A stretch of DNA of 64,000 nt from Pseudomonadota bacterium (lineage in GTDB: Bacteria; Pseudomonadota; Gammaproteobacteria; Pseudomonadales; JADFDG01): NCBI GenBank assembly GCA_049324495.1, contig JBMOOP010000110.1, positions 26,027 to 90,026 on the forward strand. The letters are read 5' to 3'. The notes below the pieces were generated by a model. It was not told the DNA's origin, did no database searches, and saw only the letters and a list, made by a program, of their open reading frames with translations. Positions 9,814-21,306 of this stretch are shown one piece after another. Position 1 is the stretch's first letter, and every line of letters starts with the position of its first letter. The position numbers and the translations under genes are program-made.

Positions 9814-10359
9814 ATGGCTGATGCCCAGGGCGTTTTCACCAGGCTCGTCGCGTTGCAGCGGCTTTGTCGCGAGCATGCTGTTGGTCTGCCGCAGCAGGAT
9901 GACATCGTCGAGTACTGGAGTGGCATAGGCTTTACCATGGATGGCGTGAAATACGTTTCGCCCATTCCGGAAGTGTCGGAAATCCTGCATGTGCCGCGCT
10001 ATACGCGCGTGCCCGGTGTGTTGGGCTGGATGAAAGGCATTGCCAATGTGCGTGGCCGCCTGCTGCCAATCATGGATCTGATCGGTTATTTCAACCGCAA
10101 ATCCGGGCTTCAGGAAAAGAAACGTCGCCTGCTGGTGCTTGATCATGGCGATGTCTACTCGGGTCTGGTGGTTGATGATGTGATGGGTATGCAGCATTTC
10201 CCCGTCGATTCCTACGCGCGCGATTCCGGCGAGCGGGATCCGGTGATTTCGCCCTATACCGACGGCTCTTACGAGCGCGAGGACGGCACGTGGATCGTGT
10301 TCAGCCCACACCGCCTTGCCGAGGATCCACGATTCATGCAGGTTGCGCGCGCCGGCTGA
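9814..10359 (+). CDS. pilI: CheW-like twitching motility protein PilI
   Basis: CheW features (YVSPIPEVSEIL, VLGWMKGIANVRGRLLPIMDL); synteny. Confidence 0.9.
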   Translation: MADAQGVFTRLVALQRLCREHAVGLPQQDDIVEYWSGIGFTMDGVKYVSPIPEVSEILHVPRYTRVPGVLGWMKGIANVRGRLLPIMDLIGYFNRKSGLQEKKRRLLVLDHGDVYSGLVVDDVMGMQHFPVDSYARDSGERDPVISPYTDGSYEREDGTWIVFSPHRLAEDPRFMQVARAG

Positions 10360-10412
10360 TGCCGGTGCCGTGAAAACAACAAACGAAGAATGATGAGGCC
10401 GGGAGCCTACAT

Positions 10413-12521
10413 ATGAAGCAGGTTCAATTATCCCCGCTCGGCCAGTTCCGCCGCAGGTTTGCCCAGATCGGCGCCAGCGTCCGTGAATTGCTCGGCAGGG
10501 TGACGGGTAATTTCGGCGGAACTGCCGAGCAGGGCGCTGGCGCGCAGGTTGGCGGTCTGCGTGTGTACCTGGGTGTTGGCGGCGCGCTGTTGGTGGTGAT
10601 CGCGCTGGTCATCTTCGGTGTCGTGTACGTGCGATCTGCCGGCGTTACCGATGCAGTACAGGACGCGTCCGAGTTGCGCGTGCTGTCGCAGAACCTTGCG
10701 AAGAATGCCCTGGAGGCGGCTGCCGGCAACCCGGCTGCGTTCGGAGCGTTGGGCGAGGCGCGCGCGGAATTCGACGCCAAGTGGCAATCACTCAAGGACT
10801 CTTCCGCTGCGGCCAACATCGAAGAGATGAAGAAGCTTGAGGAGGTGTGGGCGCGTGTAGGCCCGGACACCGACACCATTCTCGCCGGTGAAGATACGGT
10901 GATCGACCTGCACGACGTGGCCAAAACGCTTGCCGAAACGATCCCGAAGTTACAGGCCGAGTACGAGACGGTGGTCGATACGCTGGTGGAGGCGGAGGCG
11001 TCGGCCGATCAGGTCGCCATCGCCCAGCGCCAGAGTTGGCTGGCTGAGCGCATTGTCCGCTCGATCGCGAAGGTGCTTGAGGGTGGCGCGGGCGCCGTGG
11101 TGGCCGCCGATGCCTTCGGTCGCGATGCCAATCTTTTCGATCGCGTCCTGAAGGGCATGATCAACGGTGACAGGGCTCTCGAGATTGAGAAGGTAACTGA
11201 CGAGGACGCCATCGACGCTCTCTCCGAAATTTCCGATCTGTTTAGCGAGTACGTGCAGGGTTCGGTCGATGAGATTCTCGAGACTTCGCCGGAATTGTTC
11301 CGGGTGCGTGATGCGGCCGGCAAGATCTATACCGAATCGCAGGCGCTGCTCGACTCCGCCACAATCGTCTCCCAGGAGACCGCCGACAAACAGGCCGGCG
11401 GTATCTGGGTGTACGTGGGCACATTCTGTGCGGTATCCGGTCTTGCGCTGTTCGTGGTCCTGTTTTTCAGGCAGCGCGGCGAAGACCGCGACCGTCGTGA
11501 GTCGGTTGAAACGGAAAACCAGCGCAACCAGCAGGCCATTTTGCGACTGCTCGACGAGCTTGGCGACCTTGCCGACGGTGACCTTACCGTTGCTGCGACG
11601 GTATCCGAAGATTTTACCGGCGCAATCGCCGACTCGATCAACTTCGCTATCGACCAGCTGCGCAGTCTGGTATCCACCATCAACCAGACAGCCCTGCAGG
11701 TGTCATCTGCAGCCCAGGAAACGCAGTCCACCGCCATGCATCTGGCCGAAGCGGCTGAGCATCAGGCGCAGGAGATCGCCGGCGCCTCTGCCGCCATCAA
11801 CGAAATGGCGGTATCCATTGACCAGGTGTCCGCGAACGCATCCGAATCGGCTGCGGTAGCAGAACGTTCGGTAGCGATCGCCAACAAGGGTGCCGAAGTC
11901 GTACAGGCAACGATTCGCGGCATGGACACCATCCGCGAGCAGATTCAGGAGACTTCGAAGCGGATTAAGCGACTTGGTGAATCGTCGCAGGAGATCGGTG
12001 ACATCGTCTCGCTGATTACCGACATTGCCGATCAGACCAACATTCTTGCTCTGAACGCGGCGATTCAGGCGTCGATGGCCGGCGATGCGGGCCGCGGCTT
12101 CGCGGTCGTAGCCGACGAAGTACAGCGTCTTGCCGAGCGCTCGTCTGCTGCTGCAAAGCAGATCGAAACGCTGGTTAAAACAATTCAGACCGACACCAAC
12201 GAAGCTGTTATCTCCATGGAGCAAACGACTTCGGAAGTAGTACGCGGTGCGCGTCTCGCGCAGGACGCAGGTGTCGCGCTTGAAGAGATTGAGAGCGTAT
12301 CGGAAACGCTTGCCGAGCTGATTCAGAATATTTCGAACGCTGCGCGCCAGCAGGCGGCTTCAGCCGGCCATATCTCCAACACGATGAACGTCATTCAGGA
12401 GATCACGTCACAAACCTCTGCCGGTACAACAGCTACTGCGAAGTCAATCGGCAATCTTGCCGAGATGGCGGCCGAACTGCGTAATTCGGTGGCCGGCTTC
12501 AAGCTACCGGAATACATGTAA
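10413..12521 (+). CDS. pilJ: Type IV pilus methyl-accepting chemotaxis protein PilJ
   Basis: 702 aa; two TMs; MCP signalling hairpin [48 protein letters not shown]; synteny. Confidence 0.94.
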   Translation: MKQVQLSPLGQFRRRFAQIGASVRELLGRVTGNFGGTAEQGAGAQVGGLRVYLGVGGALLVVIALVIFGVVYVRSAGVTDAVQDASELRVLSQNLAKNALEAAAGNPAAFGALGEARAEFDAKWQSLKDSSAAANIEEMKKLEEVWARVGPDTDTILAGEDTVIDLHDVAKTLAETIPKLQAEYETVVDTLVEAEASADQVAIAQRQSWLAERIVRSIAKVLEGGAGAVVAADAFGRDANLFDRVLKGMINGDRALEIEKVTDEDAIDALSEISDLFSEYVQGSVDEILETSPELFRVRDAAGKIYTESQALLDSATIVSQETADKQAGGIWVYVGTFCAVSGLALFVVLFFRQRGEDRDRRESVETENQRNQQAILRLLDELGDLADGDLTVAATVSEDFTGAIADSINFAIDQLRSLVSTINQTALQVSSAAQETQSTAMHLAEAAEHQAQEIAGASAAINEMAVSIDQVSANASESAAVAERSVAIANKGAEVVQATIRGMDTIREQIQETSKRIKRLGESSQEIGDIVSLITDIADQTNILALNAAIQASMAGDAGRGFAVVADEVQRLAERSSAAAKQIETLVKTIQTDTNEAVISMEQTTSEVVRGARLAQDAGVALEEIESVSETLAELIQNISNAARQQAASAGHISNTMNVIQEITSQTSAGTTATAKSIGNLAEMAAELRNSVAGFKLPEYM

Positions 12522-12570
12522 TGCCGACGACGCATGACGTTGCCGATTGACAAGAGAGTGGTGACGCGCT

Positions 12571-13437
12571 GTGGCCCAGCATTGGTCGATGCGCAATCTG
12601 CCGGAAATGGACGGCGAACAGTTCCGTCTGTGGCAGGCGTTGCTTGAAGATCGCACCGGCATGGCGCTCGCGGTCGAACGCAAGAGTTTTCTGGAGGCCA
12701 GTCTCGCCATCCGTACGCGCGAGCTTGGCCTGCAGACATACGAGGCGTATTACGAGCAACTCGTAAACCGCTCGCCGGCCGACTCCGTCATGGAGTGGTC
12801 GATTCTGATCGACCGGTTGACGATCCAGGAAACGAGTTTTTTCCGGCATCGCAGCTCTTACGAACTCGTTGAGAAATATGTCCGCGACCGTGTTGTTACA
12901 GGCAAAGCGCCGAAGAATTTCAATGTCTGGTCGGTTGGCTGTTCCTCCGGAGAGGAGCCGTACTCGCTGGCCATACTTCTCACCGAAATGTTTGCCACGC
13001 TCAACGTCGTGCCGTACTGGGGCATCACCGCCACCGATATCAGTCTGCCGGTGCTGGCCAAGGCGCGTCGGGGTGTCTACGGTGCCCGCAAGGTGGATCT
13101 GCTTGATGCGGCGCTCAAAGAGCGCTATTTCCGGAAAATAAGCGACCGGGAATACGAGATATCCGCCGAGCTGAAGACACGCATCTGTTTTGCGCGTGTT
13201 AACGTGCTGGAGTTGGATAAGGTGCCGTTTCAGGATATCGACCTGATTTACTGCCAGAACATGCTGATTTACTTCCGCCGCTGGCGTAAGCGCGAGATTG
13301 TCACTCGCCTCGCCGACCGGCTGGCCCCGGGCGGACTGCTGGTCCTCGGTCTTGGTGAAGTGGTCGATTGGCAGCACCCGAACATGGACAGGGTCCGGTT
13401 CGATGACTCCCTGGCATTCATGCGGCGCGCGCACTGA
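12571..13437 (+). CDS. pilK: CheR-type methyltransferase PilK
   Basis: FFRHRSSYELV, VWSVGCSSGEEPYSLAILL and FDLIYCQNMLIYF-type CheR motifs; synteny. Confidence 0.9.
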   Translation: MAQHWSMRNLPEMDGEQFRLWQALLEDRTGMALAVERKSFLEASLAIRTRELGLQTYEAYYEQLVNRSPADSVMEWSILIDRLTIQETSFFRHRSSYELVEKYVRDRVVTGKAPKNFNVWSVGCSSGEEPYSLAILLTEMFATLNVVPYWGITATDISLPVLAKARRGVYGARKVDLLDAALKERYFRKISDREYEISAELKTRICFARVNVLELDKVPFQDIDLIYCQNMLIYFRRWRKREIVTRLADRLAPGGLLVLGLGEVVDWQHPNMDRVRFDDSLAFMRRAH

Positions 13438-13501
13438 AGATGCTGTGCCAGAGTGGGTGTCTTGAACGCAGGTATCCCGGTCGGAAAATAGAGACGCAGT
13501 G

Positions 13502-16500
13502 ATGGCTGAGACGCACGATTTCCTCGCGCTCGACTGGGTCAAGGGAGAGATCGAGGAAACCCTGAAGCAGGCACAACAGGCTCTGGAGGCTCACGTTGAG
13601 AATCCGGAGGATCAGACGCGCCTGCGATTCTGTCTGACCTATCTGCATCAGGTGTACGGCACGCTGCAGATGGTCGAGTTCTACGGCGCTGCGTTGCTGG
13701 CCGAAGAAATGGAGAAGCTCACCCAGGCACTGTTGAGCGGAAAAGTGCCGCGTGTGGCTGATGCCCAGGAAACGCTGATGCGCGGTATGCTCCAGCTGCC
13801 TGCGTATCTCGATCGCATCAAGGCCAGCCGGCGCGACATGCCGGTCGTATTATTGCCGCTGCTTAATGATCTGCGTGCCGCGCGCGGCGAAAAATTCCTC
13901 TCCGAGGGCTCGCTGTTCAAGCCAGACATGACGGGCTCCGGCGGCGATGGCGAGGTGCTCGTCGCCGTGGCTGCAGATCCGAATCTCGCCGAGTTGTTGC
14001 GCAAGATTCGGCAGATGTTCCAGATCGCGCTGGTCGGATTCATTCGTGGCGAGAATCTGCCGACCAATATCGGCCATATGGCCAAGGTTTCGGCGAAGCT
14101 GGTAAAGGTTGCCGGAGACTCCGCGATCGCACCGCTGTGGAAAGTCACCGGCGCCATTGCCGAAGGGCTCGCCAGCGCATCGATAGAAGGCAGCACCGCG
14201 ATCAAACTCCTGCTTGGTCAGGTTGATCGACAGATCAAGTTGCTGGTCGAGCAAGGTGCGCCGGGCTTTGCGCAGAAGCCTGCTCCGGATCTGTTCAAGA
14301 ATCTTCTCTTTTATGTTGCGCGCAGTGAAGCCGATTCGCCGTTGATTGCGCAGGTGCGCAAGATATACAAGCTGGATGAGGCGTTGCCATCGGATGAGAC
14401 AATCGATGCGGAACGCTTGAAGCTTGCCGGGCCTGACCGGCAGACGATGACGACTGTTGCGCGGGCAATTTCTGAAGAACTGGCACGCGTCAAGGAAGCG
14501 CTGGACATCTTCATGCGCGGTGGCCCGCAGAGCAAGGTTACGGACCTTTCCCCGCATATCGGCACGCTCAAGCAGATTGCCGACACTATCGCCATGCTGG
14601 GTCTTGGTCAGCAACGCAAGCTGGTGCAGGAACAACACGACATCCTTGAGCAGATCGTCAAGGACGGCAAGCTGGAGAATCCCGCTCTGTTGATGGATGT
14701 CGCTGGCGCCCTGCTTTATGTTGAAGCGACGCTGTCTGGCGGGGACGGCCGGCCGCAGGCGCGGGTGCCGGCGACACCGCAGGACGCTCTTGCCCAGGAT
14801 GGGCTTGCGAAAGCGCGTGAGGCAGTCGTGCGCGAATGCCGTGCCGGTCTTGAATTCACCAAAGACAAGATCGTCGAGTACATTGCGTCGCAATGGGATC
14901 GGGTTCATATCCAGGATGTCCCGGACACGCTGGTCATGGTGCGCGGCGGCCTGCAGATGATTGGGCTGGATCGTGCCGCAATGGTGCTCGTGCAGGCGGC
15001 GAATTTTTTCCGAGCGGAATTGCTTGGCGAAGATGCACAGCCGGACTGGAAGCGTATGGACACGCTTGCCGACGCCATCAGTTCGGTCGAGTATTTTCTT
15101 GAGCGGATCATCGAAGATCCGGAAAGTGGCGATCATATTCTCGAAATTGCAGAAAAATCCGCCGCAGATCTCGGCTACCCGGTATCTGACGTTTCAAAAC
15201 CAATCATGGAGTTCGACATACCTGCTGTTGTCATGAAGCAGGAGCCGGATGCGTTTGCTCCTGATGCCGATGAGGAGATCGAGGCGCACGCGAAATATGA
15301 GATACCAGCCGTCATTTTCAGCAATGAGTTGAGCGACGAGCTGGTTGCCGAGCCGACGCTCGATGTACCAATGACGGCAGCCGAGGAAGGCAAAACCTCG
15401 TTCGCCGACGAGGAATCGCCGCTGATTGATGAAGACATGCTGGCGCTTGCAGACTTGATGGATGAGAGCTCGGCTCCAGGCGAGCATGCGAACGAGATTC
15501 CAGCTGAGGAGATTGTTGCGACAGATATTCTTCCGGTTGCCGATCAGGGGATTGAGGATGCCTCTGTCGATGCCGAAATCGTCGAAATTTTCGTCGAGGA
15601 AATCGGCGAAGTTATGGAGAATTTTGACGAGTACTTTCCGCAGTGGGTTGCCAATCAGCAGGATGAGGTGTCGCTCAAGGAGTTTCGCCGCGCTTTCCAC
15701 ACGCTCAAGGGTAGCGGTCGGATGGTTGGCGCGAAATATGTCGGTGAATTGGCGTGGGCAGTCGAAAACATGCTCAACCGTGTTATCGACAAGACAATTC
15801 TGCCAACACCGGTGATGGTCGAGCTGATCCGCACGGTCAAGGGAATTGTCCCCGACCTGGTCGATGCCTTTGCGCAACGGCGCAAGCCGCCGTACGCTGT
15901 TGAGGCGCTGATGGCGTGCGCAAGCGCATTTGCGCGCGGCGAGAGTCCGGATTTCGTACCATCGCTTGCTCAGCATGACGCCCTGCTGGCAGCAGAAGGT
16001 GCTCCGGATACAGAAATTGCAGTAGCCGACTCCTTGTTGGCGATATCGACCGAAGAAGATGTATTTGCGCCGTCGTCACTTGCCGGGGAGGATGTTCCCG
16101 CGCCTGAGGATGAGGTGAAGGCCGAATACGACATGGCGTTGATGGAGGTGTTCTCCGGCGAGGCCGAGCAGCACATCGCCACGCTAGACGCATATCTGGC
16201 AAGCCTCGATCCGGATGTTGCATATCATCCGATTACAGACGAGTTGCTGCGCGCATTGCATACGCTCAAGGGCAGTGCGCGCATGGCTGGCATCATGCCG
16301 GTTGCCGAGGTGGCCGGGCCTACCGAGAAATTCTGCAAGGAATTGCGCAACAACGGCGAACTTGCCGACGCCGACGTGATTGCGCTGGTGCGCGAGGCGA
16401 CGAACCTTGTGCGGCTGCGGGTGAGATACTTGTTGCCGGATCCGTACGCGCCGATTCCCGGTGCCCAATCCTATCTTGAGATGCTGTTCGCGATTCAGGA

Positions 16501-19500
16501 TGCGCGGCATGCGCCGCGCGCAGCCACTGTTTCGGTTGAGGCGCCGGCAAAGCATGCCGTGCAGCCGCGGCCCGGCATGATCAACGCGTTGCTTGCCGAG
16601 GGCATTGAACATGTGCTCGATGGCGGCGATTACGCCGCGCAATGGTCGCAGCAGGGTGTGGTTGGGCAGGATCTTGATGCGCTGCGCGAGCAGTTGCGAC
16701 GCTTGCACAATACCGCCACGAGCGGCGGTATTGTGCCCATTGCGGATATTGCCCGGCGACTTAGTCGAGTTTATGACGCGATTCATGAAAGTCACCTGAT
16801 GCTCGCCAATAATGTGCTGGATGCCCTGCAGCAGGGGCATGAGGCGATTATTGGAATGATGGACTGCATGGCTGCGCACCAGAGCATCTGGCCGGCGACA
16901 GAAGTCGAGCAGTTGCTTGATGCTGTTACTGCGGGTTTGCCGAGTGATGGTTCATACGGTGATCAGGCGCTGTCCGGGAATACGCCGACAGGCATATCGA
17001 CGGATACGGAACAAGTATCTTCGTATGACGAAGAAGAGGTGTTGTTCTCTGCTGACGAGTTTGCAGTTTCCGAAGCGGAGGTGATTGCAGCCACGGGGAC
17101 GGTCGAGCCGGAAGATGCATTCGACGATGTCGAGCTGTCTGCCGACGATGTGAGTCTCTCAGAGGAGGAAGTGCTCCGGCTGACCGGCAGTGTCGAGCCG
17201 TCGATCCCGGCGCCAGAGGGCGCGCTGACTGAGAACATCGTGGCGGGTGGCGGTGAGGGCCCGATCAACGTGCCGGAGCGTGATCCGGAGCTGGTCGAAA
17301 TTTTTCTGGAGGAAGCCGGCGAGCTTGTCGAGAGTTCGGGCGAATCCTTGTCGATATGGCTGCGCAATGCCGACAATCTGATTGAAGTCCAGAAACTTCA
17401 ACGCGACCTGCATACGCTCAAGGGCGGTGCACGGATGGCGGAAATTGCGGAACTGGGCGATCTGGCACACGAACTTGAAAACCTGTACGAAGGCCTCAGC
17501 CAGGGCACGCTGCCTGTGCGGCCGGTGCTGTTCGAATTGCTCAATCGCTGCCATGACCGTATTGCGGATATGGTGGACGATATTCGTAGCAAGGGCTGGT
17601 GCAAGGACGGCAGACAATTGATTGCGCAGATTCATGCGTATATCAAGAATCCGGAACAGTTCAGCATGGATGCTCTGGCGGCGCCACTCAAGGTGGCAAC
17701 CGTACCCGTGCCGGTAACGGAAGGGCAGGCTTCTGCTGCGAGCGAAGTGCCACGCATGATTCTCCCGGCAGCGCGACCTGCGGAAGAAAGTGAGCCGGTC
17801 GTCGATGCCGACATTCTGGAGATATTCCTTGAGGAAGCCGAGGATCTCACGGCACAACTCGATGCGGCGATAAGTGGTTGGCAATCAGAACCGGGCAATA
17901 GCGCGCATGCCGACCAGATCAAGCGAGTTTTGCACACGCTGAAGGGCGGTGCGCGGCTCGCTGGTCTTAAGCGTCTTGGTGATGTCAGCCACGAATTCGA
18001 GACGCGGGTGATCGACCTTGTTCCGCGGGCACCGGACGCGGCATTCTTCGCTGCAATCGTGGCGTATCACGACAATATTTCTGCGCAGGTCGAACGCATT
18101 CGTGCCGGCGGCGCTGCCGCAGCAGCGACCAATGCTGCTAGTACCACCGCGAAAGCGGCGGAGGTACCCGTTGTATCGGCCCCTGCTGCGTTGCCGCCGG
18201 AACAGTCGGCTGCAGAGCCGGCCACCGGCCTTGTTCCACATGACCGCAAGGAAGATAAGGATGAGGATCGCCGCGGGCCGGTGCAAACGGCAGTGCGGCA
18301 GGCGCAGCCGCAGGAAATGGTCAAGGTGCCGTCAGATTTGCTGGAGAAACTCGTTAACCTCGCGGGTGAAACCTCCATCAACCGCAGCCGTATCGAAACG
18401 CAGGTGACCGATTTCCGCTACACGCTGGGCGAAATGGGGTCGACAATCTCGCGGCTTGCCGCGCAGTTGCGTCGTCTCGATGCGGAAGCAGATTCGCAGG
18501 TCAAGGCGAACTGGGAGAAGGGTGTTGCCGAAGGTAAATACTCAGGCGAGTTCGATCCACTGGAGATGGATCAGTACTCTGCGCTGCATCAGCTGACCAA
18601 ACAGTTGTTCGAATCGGCATCTGACCTGCTCGACATTCGTGACACGCTGACCAGCAAGTCGCGTGATACCGAAACGCTGTTGCTGCAGCAGTCGCGCGTC
18701 AATACCGAGCTGCAGGAAGGCCTGATGCGCTCGCGCATGGTGCCCTTCTCGCGGCTGATCCCGCGCTTGCGCCGCATTGTCCGCCAGGTGTCCGGTGAAC
18801 TGAAGAAGCAAGTCGATATTGACTTCATCAATCCGGAAGGCGAGATGGATCGAGCGTTGCTCGAGCGTATCGTCGCGCCGCTTGAGCACATGCTACGCAA
18901 TGCCTGCGACCATGGCGTGGAGAGTCCGCAGGTGCGCATTGCCGCCGGCAAGCCGGCGATGGGTCGTATTCGCCTTGCGCTGACGCGTGAGGGTGGTGAG
19001 GTCGTGCTGAGTATTTCCGACGATGGCAATGGCATCAATGTCGACGCCGTGCGCAAGAAAGCGATGGAGCGCGGCTTGATGGATGCGACTTCCGAGTTGT
19101 CCGATCAGGAGGTGATGCAGTTCATCCTTGAGGCCGGATTCTCTACTGCCGAGAAAGTGACGCAGATTTCTGGGCGCGGTGTCGGTATGGACGTCGTGTC
19201 CAGTGAGATCAGGCAGATGGGCGGGGTATTGACGATCCGTTCTGAAGTCAATCAGGGCACGACTTTCGAGATTCGCCTGCCATTCACTGTGTCGGTGAAT
19301 CGTGCGCTGATGGTGCGCATTGGCGAGGAGCAGTTCGCGATCCCTCTGGTGCAGATCGAGGGTATCGTGCGCGTGTCGCCCTACGAACTTGAAGCCTATT
19401 ACCAGCCGAACGCGCCGGCTTTCGAATATGCCGGGGAGTCATATCGCCTTGATTATCTCGGCGGTTTTGTGCACGGCGTTGCTGCGCCGGATCTGCGTGG

Positions 19501-20194
19501 CGCGGCAATGCCGTTGCCGGTGTTGCTGGTGCGCGGTTCCGAACACACTGTTGCCGTGCAGGTCGACCAGTTGATCGGTTCGCGCGAAGTGGTGGTGAAA
19601 GCGGTTGGGCCGCAGTTGTCCACGGTGGCCGGCATTTCCGGCGCAACGATCCTCGGCGATGGCCGGGTGGTGATCATTCTCGATTTGTTGTCGCTGATTC
19701 GTGCTGCGCACCTGCAGCATGAGATGGCGCTTGCTACACAGCGCCGCCTTGTGATGCGGCGTGGCGAGGCAACGGGTGTTGGCGGTCTGGCTACAGCCGT
19801 ACGCGAAACGCCACTCATCATGGTGACAGACGACTCGGTGACGGTGCGCAAGGTCACGGGCCGTTTCCTTGAGCGCCAGGGGTTTGAGGTTATTACCGCG
19901 AAAGATGGTATGGACGCAGTTGCGCAACTTGCCGATATCAAGCCGGATATCATGCTGCTCGATATCGAGATGCCGCGCATGGACGGTTTCGAGGTGGCAT
20001 CACACTGCCGCCACGACAGCCGCCTCAAGGATTTGCCGATCATCATGATTACGTCACGCACCGGTGAGAAGCACCGTGAGCGTGCGATGGAGCTCGGGGT
20101 CAATGCCTATCTTGGTAAGCCCTTCCAGGAAAACGAATTGCTGGCGAAGATCCAGGAATTGTTGGCGGAGCGGCGCGCGCAAGCGTCGCCCTGA
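13502..20194 (+). CDS. chpA: Giant hybrid chemotaxis kinase ChpA
   Basis: About 2230 aa. Four canonical HTLKG Hpt motifs (His codons at 15698, 16259, 17411, 17933), further Hpt-like repeats lacking canonical residues, H-box/ATPase (LEHMLRNACDHGVE), CheW domain, and a C-terminal receiver (LLDIEMPRMDGFEV). A GTG at 13499 is an alternative start. Confidence 0.95.
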   Translation: MAETHDFLALDWVKGEIEETLKQAQQALEAHVENPEDQTRLRFCLTYLHQVYGTLQMVEFYGAALLAEEMEKLTQALLSGKVPRVADAQETLMRGMLQLPAYLDRIKASRRDMPVVLLPLLNDLRAARGEKFLSEGSLFKPDMTGSGGDGEVLVAVAADPNLAELLRKIRQMFQIALVGFIRGENLPTNIGHMAKVSAKLVKVAGDSAIAPLWKVTGAIAEGLASASIEGSTAIKLLLGQVDRQIKLLVEQGAPGFAQKPAPDLFKNLLFYVARSEADSPLIAQVRKIYKLDEALPSDETIDAERLKLAGPDRQTMTTVARAISEELARVKEALDIFMRGGPQSKVTDLSPHIGTLKQIADTIAMLGLGQQRKLVQEQHDILEQIVKDGKLENPALLMDVAGALLYVEATLSGGDGRPQARVPATPQDALAQDGLAKAREAVVRECRAGLEFTKDKIVEYIASQWDRVHIQDVPDTLVMVRGGLQMIGLDRAAMVLVQAANFFRAELLGEDAQPDWKRMDTLADAISSVEYFLERIIEDPESGDHILEIAEKSAADLGYPVSDVSKPIMEFDIPAVVMKQEPDAFAPDADEEIEAHAKYEIPAVIFSNELSDELVAEPTLDVPMTAAEEGKTSFADEESPLIDEDMLALADLMDESSAPGEHANEIPAEEIVATDILPVADQGIEDASVDAEIVEIFVEEIGEVMENFDEYFPQWVANQQDEVSLKEFRRAFHTLKGSGRMVGAKYVGELAWAVENMLNRVIDKTILPTPVMVELIRTVKGIVPDLVDAFAQRRKPPYAVEALMACASAFARGESPDFVPSLAQHDALLAAEGAPDTEIAVADSLLAISTEEDVFAPSSLAGEDVPAPEDEVKAEYDMALMEVFSGEAEQHIATLDAYLASLDPDVAYHPITDELLRALHTLKGSARMAGIMPVAEVAGPTEKFCKELRNNGELADADVIALVREATNLVRLRVRYLLPDPYAPIPGAQSYLEMLFAIQDARHAPRAATVSVEAPAKHAVQPRPGMINALLAEGIEHVLDGGDYAAQWSQQGVVGQDLDALREQLRRLHNTATSGGIVPIADIARRLSRVYDAIHESHLMLANNVLDALQQGHEAIIGMMDCMAAHQSIWPATEVEQLLDAVTAGLPSDGSYGDQALSGNTPTGISTDTEQVSSYDEEEVLFSADEFAVSEAEVIAATGTVEPEDAFDDVELSADDVSLSEEEVLRLTGSVEPSIPAPEGALTENIVAGGGEGPINVPERDPELVEIFLEEAGELVESSGESLSIWLRNADNLIEVQKLQRDLHTLKGGARMAEIAELGDLAHELENLYEGLSQGTLPVRPVLFELLNRCHDRIADMVDDIRSKGWCKDGRQLIAQIHAYIKNPEQFSMDALAAPLKVATVPVPVTEGQASAASEVPRMILPAARPAEESEPVVDADILEIFLEEAEDLTAQLDAAISGWQSEPGNSAHADQIKRVLHTLKGGARLAGLKRLGDVSHEFETRVIDLVPRAPDAAFFAAIVAYHDNISAQVERIRAGGAAAAATNAASTTAKAAEVPVVSAPAALPPEQSAAEPATGLVPHDRKEDKDEDRRGPVQTAVRQAQPQEMVKVPSDLLEKLVNLAGETSINRSRIETQVTDFRYTLGEMGSTISRLAAQLRRLDAEADSQVKANWEKGVAEGKYSGEFDPLEMDQYSALHQLTKQLFESASDLLDIRDTLTSKSRDTETLLLQQSRVNTELQEGLMRSRMVPFSRLIPRLRRIVRQVSGELKKQVDIDFINPEGEMDRALLERIVAPLEHMLRNACDHGVESPQVRIAAGKPAMGRIRLALTREGGEVVLSISDDGNGINVDAVRKKAMERGLMDATSELSDQEVMQFILEAGFSTAEKVTQISGRGVGMDVVSSEIRQMGGVLTIRSEVNQGTTFEIRLPFTVSVNRALMVRIGEEQFAIPLVQIEGIVRVSPYELEAYYQPNAPAFEYAGESYRLDYLGGFVHGVAAPDLRGAAMPLPVLLVRGSEHTVAVQVDQLIGSREVVVKAVGPQLSTVAGISGATILGDGRVVIILDLLSLIRAAHLQHEMALATQRRLVMRRGEATGVGGLATAVRETPLIMVTDDSVTVRKVTGRFLERQGFEVITAKDGMDAVAQLADIKPDIMLLDIEMPRMDGFEVASHCRHDSRLKDLPIIMITSRTGEKHRERAMELGVNAYLGKPFQENELLAKIQELLAERRAQASP

Positions 20195-20209
20195 GGGTTG
20201 GCTCGCAGT

Positions 20210-21268
20210 ATGGGAGAAGAAGTCAACCCTCGTCTTGGTGTCATCTCCGACACACTCCTGCAAGGCAGTTTGCTGGCGAATGCGGCGAAGGCGCTGGGCT
20301 ATGATGTGGTCATCAATACCCAGCCGGGCAATCTTGATACTGTCAAATGGGTCGACAAGGGTGTCGTCGAGTGCTGGCTGATCGATCTGCACGATCAGGA
20401 GAAGTGGGCAGACTTTCTTGATCTTCTGCTCGATCAGACGGATGCACCGCTGATTTTTGGCGATGGTGCCGCGCCGCCGAAAAACCACGAGGAGTATCCG
20501 CGTTGGGAGCGCCGTCTGTTTCAGACCCTGATCAAAAGCGTTGGCCGGCCGGTGATTGCAAAAGTAAATCTGAATGTGCCGGAGAAAACGCAGGCCAGGC
20601 CGCGTTCCACGCTCGTTATTCCGGAGGAGTTCAAGGATCCGTCGCTCACCTCGGGCCGACCACAGCGCGTGTGGGTCCTCGGTGCGTCAGCGGGTGGCCC
20701 GGCAGCGGTGAAGTTGTTTCTCGATTCATTGCCGAAAGAGTTGCCGGTGGCATTCGTGCTTGCCCAGCACATTGATCCGAAAATGCTCGAAGGCCTGGCG
20801 CAATCGCTTATCCGGCATAACTGGTTCAAGATGCGCATCGGTCGTTCCGGCGAGCCGTTGCGTTATGGCGATATCGTCGTTGCGCCCTGCGATGCCGAGA
20901 TTACATTTGATGAAACCGATTGCATCGTTAAAACCGGCAAGCCCTGGGAAGGGCCCTATGCGCCATCAATTGACCAGGTGATGGCCAATGTGTCGTCGCG
21001 CTATGGCAGCCAGGCCGGTGCCATCCTGTTCTCGGGCATGGGCAACGATGGCTCCATTGCCGGGCCGATGATGGCCGCGCGTGGTGGTACCGTATGGGCG
21101 CAATCCGCCGAAACCTGTACGGTCAGCTCGCAGCCTGACTCGGTGCGCGATACCGGCTGCGTGAGTTACAGTGGATCGCCGGAATTTCTTGCTCAACAGT
21201 TGATAGAGAGTGTACGTCAGCAACTCAAGGGCAGGTCCAAGCCGCCCGGTGAGGCGCTTGCCTCCTGA
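20210..21268 (+). CDS. chpB: CheB-like methylesterase ChpB
   Basis: VWVLGASAGGPAAVKLFLDSLP, AQHIDPKML and ILFSGMGNDGSIAGPMMAARGG. Confidence 0.92.
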   Translation: MGEEVNPRLGVISDTLLQGSLLANAAKALGYDVVINTQPGNLDTVKWVDKGVVECWLIDLHDQEKWADFLDLLLDQTDAPLIFGDGAAPPKNHEEYPRWERRLFQTLIKSVGRPVIAKVNLNVPEKTQARPRSTLVIPEEFKDPSLTSGRPQRVWVLGASAGGPAAVKLFLDSLPKELPVAFVLAQHIDPKMLEGLAQSLIRHNWFKMRIGRSGEPLRYGDIVVAPCDAEITFDETDCIVKTGKPWEGPYAPSIDQVMANVSSRYGSQAGAILFSGMGNDGSIAGPMMAARGGTVWAQSAETCTVSSQPDSVRDTGCVSYSGSPEFLAQQLIESVRQQLKGRSKPPGEALAS

Positions 21269-21306
21269 CCCGATACATCCTGCATGCCAGACCGGATGAC
21301 ACCCCC

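Noticed and set aside
13850-15136. 428-aa antisense ORF inside chpA
   Set aside because: Mirror-frame ORF of a high-GC gene; no motif, and the sense strand has clear ChpA homology.
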